A stretch of 64,000 nt of DNA from Eledone cirrhosa (lineage: Eukaryota): the NCBI GenBank assembly GCA_964016885.1, contig OZ024746.1:25234001-25298000 (forward strand), written 5' to 3'. Numbering within the stretch: the stretch's first letter is position 1; each line of letters opens with the position of its first letter. The translations under genes were made by a program, and so were the position numbers. Below the pieces are notes generated by a model. That model did not search any database. It saw nothing but the letters and a program-made list of their open reading frames with translations, and was not told the origin of the DNA. Below are positions 53,306 through 64,000 of the stretch, one piece after another.

Positions 53306-55865
53306 GAATAATCGAGAATCGGAATATCAGCCCACGAAATCACGATAAACAAATTCGACGTGCGTGGCAGAGGGCTCAATAATTTGGATAAATCAGAGCT
53401 ATAACTATCGTTAAAATACCAACACATAGAGAACATGCCTAAAATCACCCGTGCAGCCGAAAAAGAACGACCAGGAAGATTCGGGTCACTCAATAAATTA
53501 TCAATAAATTAATAAATTAAATGAATGTAAAAAAACTCACTCGGACCCGCTAGAAAGATGGAAAATCTGTATATATATATATATATATATAATGACCGAA
53601 ACTATATATATATATATGTATAAATGATTTTTACAGGACTAGAATTGTTTCATCAGGGATACATTGAGTTCTTTTTTGACACAACCTGAAATCTACTACG
53701 TGCTTGTGTTCATGCTAGCGTGGGAAACATGGACGGTGATGATCACGATGATGATGATGATATGAGTTCAAATCATGCCTTTCATCTTTAATGGGTCGAT
53801 AAAATAAAGTACCAGTAATGCCTTGTGCATTACTGGTACTTTATGGTAGAAACAATTAAAGATTAGATAGATGATCCGCCAAGAAAGTGTGCGAAAAAAA
53901 AAAAAAAAAGACGTGAAACTATAAAAATATTTATAAGTATCTGGTGTCGCTTGAAATACAAATAAACAAAAATACCATTCGTTAGTTATTCTTATTTTCT
54001 TTCACTGTTGGCTGCGTTGCTAAACATTCTTATATTCTTTTGCTGGTTGTAAATAGACTGCAGACATACCTTCATGGGTTTTAGTCGACCGTATCGATCC
54101 CAGTATTTATTACTTTCAGGTCTTATTTTATCGAACTTATTTTGTTGAACCGTTAGATTATGAAACATAAACAAACAGTAAATGTAAACAGGCATGAACG
54201 CACACACACATACATACTAGTCTCTCTCTCTCTTTATATATATATATATACACGCGACGAGCTTCTACACAGTTTACGTCTACCAAATTTTAATCTCAAA
54301 CCATTAGTGAACCCGAGACTATAGTAGACACTGCTCAAGGTGGGTGATACACAGTGATGCTGAAACCGAAACCAAGAGATTGCGAAGCGAACCCAATAGT
54401 TTTTTTTTTTTTTTTTTTTTTTGATACCCTCTTATAATTCCGTTTATATCTATGTACGAGCTTTGTTGCCATATTTCAAAAAATAATTTTTTTTAAATGC
54501 TGTCGATTGTTTTTAGAAAAACTTGAAAATTTGGAAAGATTTGAATAAAATAACTTTCTCATTAAATTGGCGTTCCTACATAAAATTTTGATGGAAAGTT
54601 TTTTATATTCCGAAAAAAAAAAAAGGTTTCTGGAAAAAAAAATAATTAAGAATTTGGAAGGATTTTTTTAGTAAAATAAGTTTCTCGTTATTAAGTTGTT
54701 GTTTGGAAGATTTTTGGGTAAATTAAAGTTTTGTGTCGAAGAAGCAGGGGTAGTTTTAGATGGCTTTGGTATCAAAAAGAAAATTATGTGATACTCGAAA
54801 TGTAATATTTACAGTTCGTTACATAAATAATTACACGGAGTTCTTCATCATCATCATCATCATCATCATCATCTCTCTCTCCCGTCTTCCTCATCATGTC
54901 TTGATATTTTAACACGATTTTACTCGTGCGTTCGATTCCTGAATTGGATTGTGTGTTGTATTCTCGAGCAAAGCACTTCATTTCACGTTGCTCTAGTACA
55001 CTCAACTGAAAATGAGTTACCAGCAATAGCTGGGAGTTAACCCTACAATGGACTTTTGTCCCATCCCAGCATAAGTCATGTACTATCGGTCGCCTAACTC
55101 CGATGAAACCGGGATAATCACCGGTCTGATTAGCCTCTGGTCTTGGAAAACATTTTGTTTTTTTAACTTTATTAGGAACTTTGATCAGCTAAAAGGCACC
55201 ATATTCGTTTTTGGTATGATTGGTTCAGTAGTACTTGTGTAGAATAGCGAGGGTGCTAGGCTTATTATTTAGGGTGGCCGACTTACGGACCTAGGACTGT
55301 GAGTTCGATTCTCAGTAATGCATTGTATTGTTGTACACGACACTTTATTACACATTGCTTTAGTCAACTCGGTTGGGTGAAAAAATAAGTTCTACCTGTA
55401 ATTCAAAGGACCAGCCTCGTCATATACTGTCACACCGAGTTTCTGAAAACTACGTTAAGAGTACACGTCTGTCGAATGCTCAGTCACACGCACGTTAATT
55501 TCACGAACAGGCTGTTCTGTTGGTCGAACAACTGGAACACTAGTTGGAAATTATAGTCATATCACTTGTAATCAAGGAGATAAGGTAAAGAGAATATTTT
55601 AAACAAACCATGAACAGGATAGTGTTAACTGTATGATGTAGAGAGGAGAGGGAATATACGACAACAAAATCAAATGTTATTGATATTGTTCACTACAAAT
55701 AGCATTAGGAACAGATATTGTCAGCTTGACAACTATGTGGTTTCGGGTTCGCTCCCATTGTGTGGCACCTTTTTACTATCGCCTCGGGTTGACCAACGCC
55801 TTGTGAATGAAATTTGGTAGACGCAGAAACCTAAGCATATGCGTGCGTGCGCGCACACACATACC

Positions 55866-55950
<85 letters not shown>

Positions 55951-56208
55951 TATATATATGTGAGTCCTTAGCCATTCAACAAAAAAAAAAAAAGAGATCG
56001 ATTACCAGACTTTCAAAAAAAGCCGGTGTCAGCTGTCAGTAAAAGAATATATAATAATTATTTTTTATATATACCACTAGAACCTTCTGCCACTGATAGT
56101 GACGGGCTGATAAGCTAATTTAATACGACTGATACTTCGTCAAGAAAGGCACTTGTAGCTAGCTAGCTCTATAACCACAGTATATTTTATTTTAGATACG
56201 AGAAGAAA

Positions 56209-56552
56209 ATGTCAGAGCCGACAATCAGCGAACATGTTTCTAAAAATCCTGCTATAGACTGTCATACCAATATTACAACTACAGAAATGCATACAGCAGG
56301 GGAACCACTAAGAATCGTAGAAACTGGGTTCCCGCCAATAGAAGGGAAAACCATTTTAGATAAAAGGAGATATGTTCAAATGAATCTTGATTCGTACCGA
56401 AGATTTTTGATATATGAACCTCGAGGACATTATGATATGTACGGTGCCCTTCTGATTGAACCTGACATACCCTCGGCTGACATTGGGGTCTTGTTTATGC
56501 ACAACGGAGGTTTCAGTACCATGTGTGGACATGCGGTGATTGCTTTAGGAAG
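56209..56552 (+). CDS. L3HYPDH: Proline-racemase-family enzyme (trans-3-hydroxy-L-proline dehydratase-like), coding exon 1
   Basis: EMHTAGEPLRIV, EPRGHYDMYGALL, FMHNGGFSTMCGHAVIALGR (catalytic MCGH); AG|gtaggt donor phase 2; acceptor tttag at 56195 upstream of the ATG. Confidence 0.93.
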
Positions 56553-56583
56553 GTAGGTTGTATCTGTTTCTGAACATCTAAAC

Positions 56584-56821
56584 CAGGTGTGGGAAAACCG
56601 CGACCACATGTGACCGCCTGAAAGACTGTGCGACCTTCTGAAAGAAGCATAACGTTTGATAATTTCATTTTATCGAAATCCAATTATATTTCTTCATTTA
56701 CGTTTGTAATTATATTTTGTAAAATAACTGGAGTTTAGCGAGACAATATATTTTTCAAGATGTAATCTCATTGGATTAATTTCTACGTGGCCTTCCAGTA
56801 TAAAAAGGTTCCCCACGCCTG
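56584..56821. mobile_element. hAT (Charlie-like) MITE, 238 bp
   Basis: TIRs CAGGTGTGGGAAAAC / GTTCCCCACGCCTG; 8-bp TSD ATCTAAAC / ATCTAGAC, matching the nTCTAGAn target preference. Confidence 0.85.
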
Positions 56822-57879
56822 ATCTAGACTGAAAATATATTATCAAGATTTAAACTTTGATCAACAGAAATTTCAATAATATTTGTAATAAATATTTTAC
56901 GTTAGTATTTAGGAAGTGGTGGTTGAATTTTATTCCTAGAAAATATGCCTTATCATTAATTATATGTTAATCGTGCAAATAACAAGTGAATTATATTTAA
57001 TTATACACAACTTTGCTTTTACTATCATATATGAGGGCATGCGCATTTTCTACAGATGGGCTGTTGACATTTCGATTTTACGGAAGAGCTCAGCACTACG
57101 GAGCTCAAGGACGCCTGAGGTCTCAACAACGACCAGTGCGAATTGTAGCTGATTTCATTTTCAGTGCCCCAGAAACCTAAGGATGAAAATATTCTGAAAC
57201 CAAAGACCTGGCTAGAACGTTTGCAATAGTATGGAGTCTTCTAAAGCCACCCAAAGGCCAGATGGTGGTAGGAAAAGGCAAATATCACTTTGCCAGTCCT
57301 CCTCGATTATCTCTTTTGTCTGGCTACATAATCCAAAACTAGAAATTAGGGTTTCATGTGAGACTGCAGACACACAATCTACAACTAGTATCAAATCCTC
57401 ACAAGGAAAGAGGTTCTGTTCTTTTCCCCTTCCTCTCAGGTAACGTCACTCCGCCTGTCACATGCAGTGCATGGCTCACATCAAACCAGGTGATACATTA
57501 ACCCTACCATGCATGTGAGCCAGATTTGGATTTGAACTCAGAACACAATAAATACCACAAAGCATCTTGTCCAAATGCTCTATCAGTTCTGCCAATCTTT
57601 TACTCTTGATGTGAGCAATTGTAAGAGATTGGCAACAGTAGCTCCACCCCAGATGTTGGAACAGTGTTCCAGTGTGAGCAACAGCAGTACTATCTCAAAT
57701 ATTGGAGCAATTCTCTATTGTTCCATACATAAACAGTAACAACAACAAACATTTCAAGGTCAACTTCCTTGCTAGAGCAGGGTTTAGCCTGGCAGGAACC
57801 ATGACAAATTTCTCCATTTTGCCCTCCCTTACTAAACCCCTAGCTTTCATTTTCTTCTCCGTCATCTTTAGCCATATCT

Positions 57880-58260
57880 TTCTTGTTTTTCCTCTTCCCA
57901 TTCATTTCCATCACTCTCCTAACCCAGTCACTTTCATCCTTCTTCAACACATGACCTATCTCATTATATTTCTCTTTGCAACATTATCACTGGTTCTATT
58001 CCTCCTACCCAGTCACTTTCATCATTCCTCAACAAGTGACCTATCTCATTCAATTTCTCTTCATAGACTATTCCGCTCATCCAGTCACTTTCATCATTCC
58101 TCAACACATAACCTTTATCATTACATTTCTCTTCACAATATCCCATCACTGGTTCTATTACTCACACCCAGTCATTTTCATCTCTCCTCAACATGACCAA
58201 ACAATCTTATTCCATTTCTCTTCATAACCTACATCATTGGCTCTGTTCCTATATCCTCTG
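57880..58260 (-). repeat. Imperfect tandem repeat of an RTE-derived unit related to 6570-6990
   Basis: The reverse strand reads GHLLRNDESDWVGG-type units repeatedly. Confidence 0.65.
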
Positions 58261-58604
58261 CAATTCATTATCTTCCTCTCTCTCTGAATGATAGATACTC
58301 CACTCATCCACCAAGACATTTCCTTTTCTTTCTGTCCAGTCATCTAGTTGCTCCATATTCATCACTCATGTCTCACTCCCATAAACCATAGCACTTCTAA
58401 CATATGCAGCATACACAATTGCTTTCCATTCTGTCCAGCTTTCTCTGCTGCTCCATGTACATCACCTATGTCTAGTTCCCATAAATCATGGTACTTTTTA
58501 CACATACGGCTTACACCTTTCCCTTCTATTTTTTCCAACCTTCCCTGCTACTCCATGTTCATCACAGAACACAACAAAGCTAATTATTTTTTCTACTCCA
58601 AAAG

Positions 58605-58765
58605 ATATGCTGTTGATAAAGGTTATGTGAAAGCAATAACCACTCCAGAAACTCAAGTGAATATCCAGTGTCCATGTGGATTGGTTAAGACCTACGTTTC
58701 CTATAACGATGGACAGTCTGGTTCTGTTAGATTCCACAGTGTTCCCGCATTTGTACATTCTAGAG
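58605..58765 (+). CDS. L3HYPDH: L3HYPDH-like coding exon 2 (YAVDKGYVKAITTPETQVNIQCPCGLVKTYV...VRFHSVPAFVHSR)
   Basis: CPCGLV and RFHSVPAF are characteristic of animal L3HYPDH; aaag| acceptor phase 2, G|gtaagg donor phase 1. Confidence 0.92.
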
Positions 58766-60114
58766 GTAAGGACAATTATCATAACACCATTCATTCCACC
58801 AAGTATTCTGACATACTATACACACCTCACACTGTTTGTGGCATTCAGTTAAGTAGCTTTAACAAGAAACAATCGTCATTGTTGTCATCAAACATCCATT
58901 TTTCTATACTAGAATGGGTTGTCCCAGACCAATTCAGTACTTAATTGGAACTACTATTCTCTCAGACAGGCTGGGCATCAAAACTCACCTACACATGTTT
59001 TGGCAGTGTTTCTACAGCTAAATGCCCTTCCCATCACCAACCACTTTACAGAGTGTACTGTATGCTTTTTCTATCATGTCACCAATACTAGGAAGGTTGT
59101 CATATTCTAGACAAAACAGAAGAGACCTGTCCACTCATTGTTTGGCTTGGTTTCTATGGCTGGATGCCCTTCCTGACACCAACCACAATAAAAAGCATCC
59201 ATTTCACCCCGTAAACTGGTAGAGCTGGTACCACGATAAAAACACCCAGTTCACCCTATAAAGTCATAATGTTGGTGCATTGATAAAAGCATCCACTACA
59301 CTCTGTAAAATGAAGGTGCTGGTGCCACAATAAAAACACCCAGTACACTCTGTAAAGTGGTAGTGCTGGTGCCACAATAAAATGTGCCCAGTAAATTCTG
59401 TAAAGTAGTAGTGCTGATGTTTGGAGAAAATACATTCAGTACACTCTGTAAAGTGGTAGTGCTGGTGCCATGACAAAAGCACCCAGTATGTTCCAGAAAG
59501 TGGTAGTGTTGGTGCCATGATAAAAGCATGCAGTGCATCATTCATAAACGATGATGTACTGCATGCTTTTATCATGGCACCATCCTGTATCCAGTCCATC
59601 CTGTAAAATGATTAGCATTAGGAAGGGCATCCAACCATAGTAACTTTGCCAAAATGGAGTGTATGAGTAGGATGTTGTCTGACCTGACTAGTATCAGAAC
59701 ACGACAACATATCTAATCAATGCAAAGATGTAAAAGGAAGATGATGATAATGAGCATAATGATGATGGTGGTGGTGGTGATGATGATGATGATGATGGTG
59801 ATGATGTACATTTATTCATACACACTTTTATTTAGTAGGAAATCATATACAAAAAGTTGGGTGCCAAGATAGATGTTGACTTATCAACCTTTATCTTAGT
59901 AAGAATAAATAAAGTATTAAGAACAGTCTGTCAATGATATTGTATGTCATAGATACGAATACAATTGGACATGGCATTTGTCAACAGATATTTACAGTCA
60001 TGTCTGGTAATATATCATATTGTTATAGGCCTCAAAGTACAGTGGAACTGTTAGTAAACTGAAACTATTTTTCCCATAATAAATATTGAGAGAGAAATAC
60101 AATAAGAGAGAGAT

Positions 60115-62455
60115 TGTGTATCACCTTTAGGTGACTCTGATCATGCTATGATCATTGCCAATCTATCCCTCATGGGCAGTTACAAGAACCACAACCATCT
60201 CCAAACTGCTCACTTTGACTTGAATAAAGCAGACTGGAACTGTTACTGCACCGAGTTGCAACGGCCAAACTGGCTTGAGTTCTACGACTCTGGAGATGTC
60301 AACACTGTACTCCAGAACATCCTGAGCTCAATATGGACAGCATGTGCAGCATCGGTGCCACGTAAGTGGAAAAAACATCCCAAAAGTGCAATTTGGGAGA
60401 CTGCAGCAGTCCGTCTTGCCAGAAAAAAATGGCGCAATGCTGAACGTGAGTACAAACTTCACAAATCAGACATTAATAGGAAGAGGCGAAATAGATCGTC
60501 CAACCACCTCAAACAGGTGACAAAAAAGGCAGTGCTTCAATTTGAGCAGCGCATAGCAACCAGCCCTGACAGTAAGGTGTTCTGGAAGTATGTTCACTCA
60601 AAGCAGAGGCCTCACTCTCCAGTTGGTCCTCTTCACAACCCCCTCACAAGCCAGGTTACTGACGACCTCAAGGAATGCGCAGAGCTCATTGCTGAACGCT
60701 ATGCAGGCATTTTCACTATTGAAGACCAGAGTGTACCATCTCCACCACCTATGACACCGGACTCTATTACAACCATGGAATTTACACCTACAATGCTGCG
60801 ACGTCACCTAAAAAATAAACGCAACCATGCCTCTCCTGGTCTTGATGGTGTTACGTACCTGCTTCTTAAACGTAGTGGGTACTACCTTCTGCACCAGTTA
60901 ACACGCTTCTTCCAATTCTGTCTGAACAACGGTGCTACTCCAGAACAGTGGAAAACTGCTAGTGTCATTCCTCTGTTCAAAAAGGGTGACCGCACATCAC
61001 CTGTGAACTATCGTCCAGTCAGTCTTACTAGTTGCATTGCCAAACTGATGGAATCCTGTGTCAGAGAAACACTTAGGAACTTCTGGAACTCTCACAGTCT
61101 TATCCGGCCCTCGCAATTTGGATTTATCACCAACTCCAGCTGCTGTGATCAACTTATCGAGTTTCTTGAAGACATCACCCGGATCACTGATGGCGGCTCA
61201 TGGGTGGATGTTGTTTACCTTGACTTTGCGAAAGCTTTCAATTCTGTGCCACACAAAAGGCTTATGGTAAAACTCTCTGCAATGGGTGTGAAGGATGATC
61301 TTTTTAACTGGTTGAAGTCCTTCATTTTCAGTCGAAGAGAGGTAGTCACGGTTCTGGGACAGCATTCCTCACCATATGAGATGTCATCTGGTGTACAACA
61401 GGGATCTGTTCTTGGCCCCCTTTTGTTTGTGGCATATATTAATGACATAGATGCAAACTTAAAAAATTCCACAGTACTAAAGTACGCAGATGACATCAAG
61501 CTGTACCTTGAGATAAAAAGGACAGATCCTGAACACTACAGATCTTGCTTGCAGTCTGACCTGGACACAATGCAACAATGGATCTCAGACTGGCAACTCA
61601 AGCTAGCTGTGGACAAGTGCACCACCATGCATTTTGGGAGTAAAAACCCAGCGTCCACATACTCCCTTCACAGCAATAATATCAAGAAGTCTTCTTGTGA
61701 ACGTGACCTGAGCATTACGGTCAGCAGCGATTTGCGTTGGACGAAGCACGTCTCTAAAATTGTCAAGAGGGCCGAGGGTGTCTTAGCATCACTCAGCAAG
61801 ACCTTTGTCAGCCGCTCTCCAGCTATCTATTTAAGGCTGTACATGGCTATGGTGCGGCCACACTTAGAATTTGCATCACCAATCTGGAACCCCTATCTTG
61901 CTCAGAACATTGACCGCCTGGAAACTGTTCAGAGACATGCAACCAAGCGAATACCCTCCATCAGGCATCTACCATACTCTGAGCACCTTGCTTCCCTGGC
62001 CATGGATACATTGAAGCTCCGACGCCTGGCAACTGACTTGGTAAACACCCACAAAATTGTTAACCATCTTGCCAACAACAACTCTGAGTACTTTTTTGAT
62101 TTCCATGTGTCTAACACATGTGGGTATGCCCACAAAGTCAGAAAACAGCACAGCTCCCATGACTTTCGGAAACATTTTTTCACGCTCAGAGTTGCTGAAG
62201 CATGGAACAAACTACCTGCATCGGTTGTTAGCTGTCGAGACACTGCATCCTTTAAGGCCTCCATGCTTCCCCAGATTCGCCAACACTACACCTAATGTTC
62301 CCGCTCCATACACATACACACATGTATATCATGACTCATACACTATTCACTTCCCTGACATTTGTGTATTATTCTATGTACTATACATGCACCTTTGACG
62401 AGTTGTATTGCACCTGAGCACTGTACACAATAATTTCATTATTTCATTATTATTA
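60115..62455 (+). mobile_element. 5'-truncated LINE (CR1/L2/Jockey group) inserted in L3HYPDH intron 2
   Basis: Begins in the APE C-terminus (SPLGDSDHAMI), has an uninterrupted RT ORF, a 3' UTR and a (CATT/ATT)n tail. Confidence 0.93.
60148..62295 (+). CDS. LINE ORF2 reverse transcriptase, 715 aa (endonuclease mostly missing)
   Basis: SPGLDG, PLFKKGD..NYRPVSLTS, QFGF, YLDFAKAFNSVPH, GVQQGSVLGPLLF, YADD, RPHLEFASPIWNP. Confidence 0.95.
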   Translation: MIIANLSLMGSYKNHNHLQTAHFDLNKADWNCYCTELQRPNWLEFYDSGDVNTVLQNILSSIWTACAASVPRKWKKHPKSAIWETAAVRLARKKWRNAEREYKLHKSDINRKRRNRSSNHLKQVTKKAVLQFEQRIATSPDSKVFWKYVHSKQRPHSPVGPLHNPLTSQVTDDLKECAELIAERYAGIFTIEDQSVPSPPPMTPDSITTMEFTPTMLRRHLKNKRNHASPGLDGVTYLLLKRSGYYLLHQLTRFFQFCLNNGATPEQWKTASVIPLFKKGDRTSPVNYRPVSLTSCIAKLMESCVRETLRNFWNSHSLIRPSQFGFITNSSCCDQLIEFLEDITRITDGGSWVDVVYLDFAKAFNSVPHKRLMVKLSAMGVKDDLFNWLKSFIFSRREVVTVLGQHSSPYEMSSGVQQGSVLGPLLFVAYINDIDANLKNSTVLKYADDIKLYLEIKRTDPEHYRSCLQSDLDTMQQWISDWQLKLAVDKCTTMHFGSKNPASTYSLHSNNIKKSSCERDLSITVSSDLRWTKHVSKIVKRAEGVLASLSKTFVSRSPAIYLRLYMAMVRPHLEFASPIWNPYLAQNIDRLETVQRHATKRIPSIRHLPYSEHLASLAMDTLKLRRLATDLVNTHKIVNHLANNNSEYFFDFHVSNTCGYAHKVRKQHSSHDFRKHFFTLRVAEAWNKLPASVVSCRDTASFKASMLPQIRQHYT

Positions 62456-62775
62456 AAAGATAGATAGATATCACCATAGTAACACACTAGATAGCAAGTG
62501 ACACTTTCCCTGCCAACCTTTGTTGCTGGCTTGTGTGTTCGTTTCTCGAGACACCATTTGTCACATGAGATGTTTTATGTTCAGAAAAATTGTTTGTGAA
62601 CCAATTTGTTTGGGATGAGAGGTGTTCATGAACCAAGGTACCACTGTGCAGGTGACACACAAGAGAAATATGATGGAATGGACCTCTGCCAGTTTCAACA
62701 ATGTGTGTTCCAGTTGTTCAATCAAGAAGGCAACTTTGTGAAATCAATGTATAAGTGGGTAAGCATTTCACAGAC

Positions 62776-62883
62776 ACGTGTACTTCGGCAGTACATATAC
62801 TAAAGTTGGAATGATACAGAGAAGATTAGCAAGGCTCCTGCGCAAAGATAATACATAAAATTCCTGAAGCATTCCCTATTTTT
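62776..62883 (+). pseudogene. RNU6: U6 snRNA-derived copy (degenerate, full length)
   Basis: CTTCGGCAGTACATATACTAAAGTTGGAATGATACAGAGAAGATTAGCAAGGCTCCTGCGCAAAGATAATACATAAAATTCCTGAAGCATTCCCTATTTTT aligns to U6. The ACAGAGA box and AGC triad are kept; the ISL and CpG sites are mutated. Confidence 0.92.
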
Positions 62884-62939
62884 AGTCCTACTCATGCTAG
62901 CATGGAAAATGGACGTTAAACGATGATGATGATAATGAT
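62884..62939 (+). mobile_element. RTE/SINE 3' tail directly abutting the U6 copy
   Basis: ACTCATGCTAGCATGGAAAATGGACGTTAAACGATGATGATGAT; the same tail occurs near 28055, 34410 and 34735. Confidence 0.85.
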
Positions 62940-63349
62940 CCAATGTACCACAATATGTGATATGACTGGTCCTTTGAATTACAGGTACAGTCCATCTGAT
63001 AGGCTTCCGAACAGTTTAAGTCTACCAAATTCCCCTCCTGAGGCTTGATTCAACCTGTGGATATGATAAAAGACACTTGTCCAAGATTCCATGCAGTATA
63101 TTTTAGTGTATTTCATACAGTGACAAATTTAGACTTAGAGAGGCCCCTACTTTTGGAGGCTCCATAGAAAAAGATTATACCAGTGGCATCACAACAAAAA
63201 ATACTTAATCCACCCTGTAAGGTGCTCATGCTTGTGCGATAACCAAAAAATGCCCTGTCCCTCCTGTAAGGTGGTTGTATTGGTGACATGACAAAAACAC
63301 CAGTCCACCCTACAAGCACTCAGTTGACATATAATTCAATATTTTTTAG

Positions 63350-63502
63350 ATATCCAGATAAATGTCCCAAAGTTTGGAACCATAACCTTGGATGTCAGCT
63401 ATGGAGGAGCATTTTATGCAATTTTACCTGCAAGTCAGCTTGGACTTGATCTCAGCAAATCAAAGTTCCGAGAAATTGTTTCAGCAGCTACTTGTGTAAC
63501 TG
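63350..63502 (+). CDS. L3HYPDH: L3HYPDH-like coding exon 3 (DIQINVPKFGTITLDVSYGGAFYAILPASQLGLDL...); gene continues beyond the window
   Basis: Family motif D(V/I)xYGGAFYA; tttttag| acceptor phase 1, G|gtaaga donor. Confidence 0.93.
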
Positions 63503-64000
63503 GTAAGAAAAATTAACTCTCAATATCCTCCAATGATTTGCCAGAAAATGTATAAAAACAGGTTTAATTTAAATGTATCTTCACTACTGGACAGATCAAT
63601 GTGAAAATTTGTAATATTATCTTTTAACATTCTGTAATGGTTTAGGAGAAAATGTCTAAAAGGAGGTTTGCTGATTCAAATGTTTATAGTAACTTTACTA
63701 GTGAACAGATCGTTATGAAAATTTGCAGTATTACAATAAAGACTTCAATTTTTAATGGGATGTAGTCATAGTGCTGTCATATTCTTTTCAAGAATGTCTT
63801 GCTTATGTGATTTCATTTGATACAAAAAAATATTGCAAAACGGTTACATACTAGCTAGAGTGTTAAGCTTATGATTGTAAAGTTGTGAGTTTGATTCCAA
63901 TATCAAGCAGCACATTGTATCCTTGAGCAAAACACTTTATTTCATATTATTTCAGTCCAATCAGCTAGAAAAAATTAGCAGCATTGACACTGGTGCCAAG

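Noticed and set aside
58348-58604. N-terminal part of the 198-aa ORF 58348-58944
   Set aside because: Only 58605-58765 is exon; the remainder is intronic read-through.
62776-62883. Functional U6 gene
   Set aside because: Many substitutions including the internal stem-loop and 5' stem, CpG decay, no recognisable upstream PSE/TATA, and fusion to a retroelement tail.

Overview
AT-rich, repeat-dense animal genomic DNA. The (AT)n tracts, SINE families and RTE-type LINEs suggest an octopus or other coleoid cephalopod, but that is inference. Three spliced genes can be rebuilt by hand from GT-AG junctions with consistent phase. (1) An uncharacterised + strand gene of about 602 aa (1332-10039) with a SAMD3-like C-terminal domain. 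(2) PCMT1/PIMT on the - strand (43787 down to 29365, or to 15468 via a distant micro-exon that adds a C-terminal ...KASDEL); it also has a possible 38-aa N-terminal extension. (3) The first three coding exons of a proline-racemase-family gene (L3HYPDH-like) on the + strand (56209-63502, continuing past the window). The rest is mostly mobile DNA: a 5'-truncated LINE with an intact RT ORF, RTE, BovB-like, HERO and CRE fragments, a mariner remnant, a hAT MITE with its 8-bp TSD, a probable Helitron, many SINEs and minisatellites. Most notable: an inverted pair of hammerhead-ribozyme motifs with covarying stems in PCMT1 intron 1, a U6 snRNA copy fused to the RTE/SINE 3' tail, and the PCMT1 xDEL alternative exon. 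Most ORFs in the supplied track are microsatellite artefacts. All calls come from reading the sequence; no searches were run.
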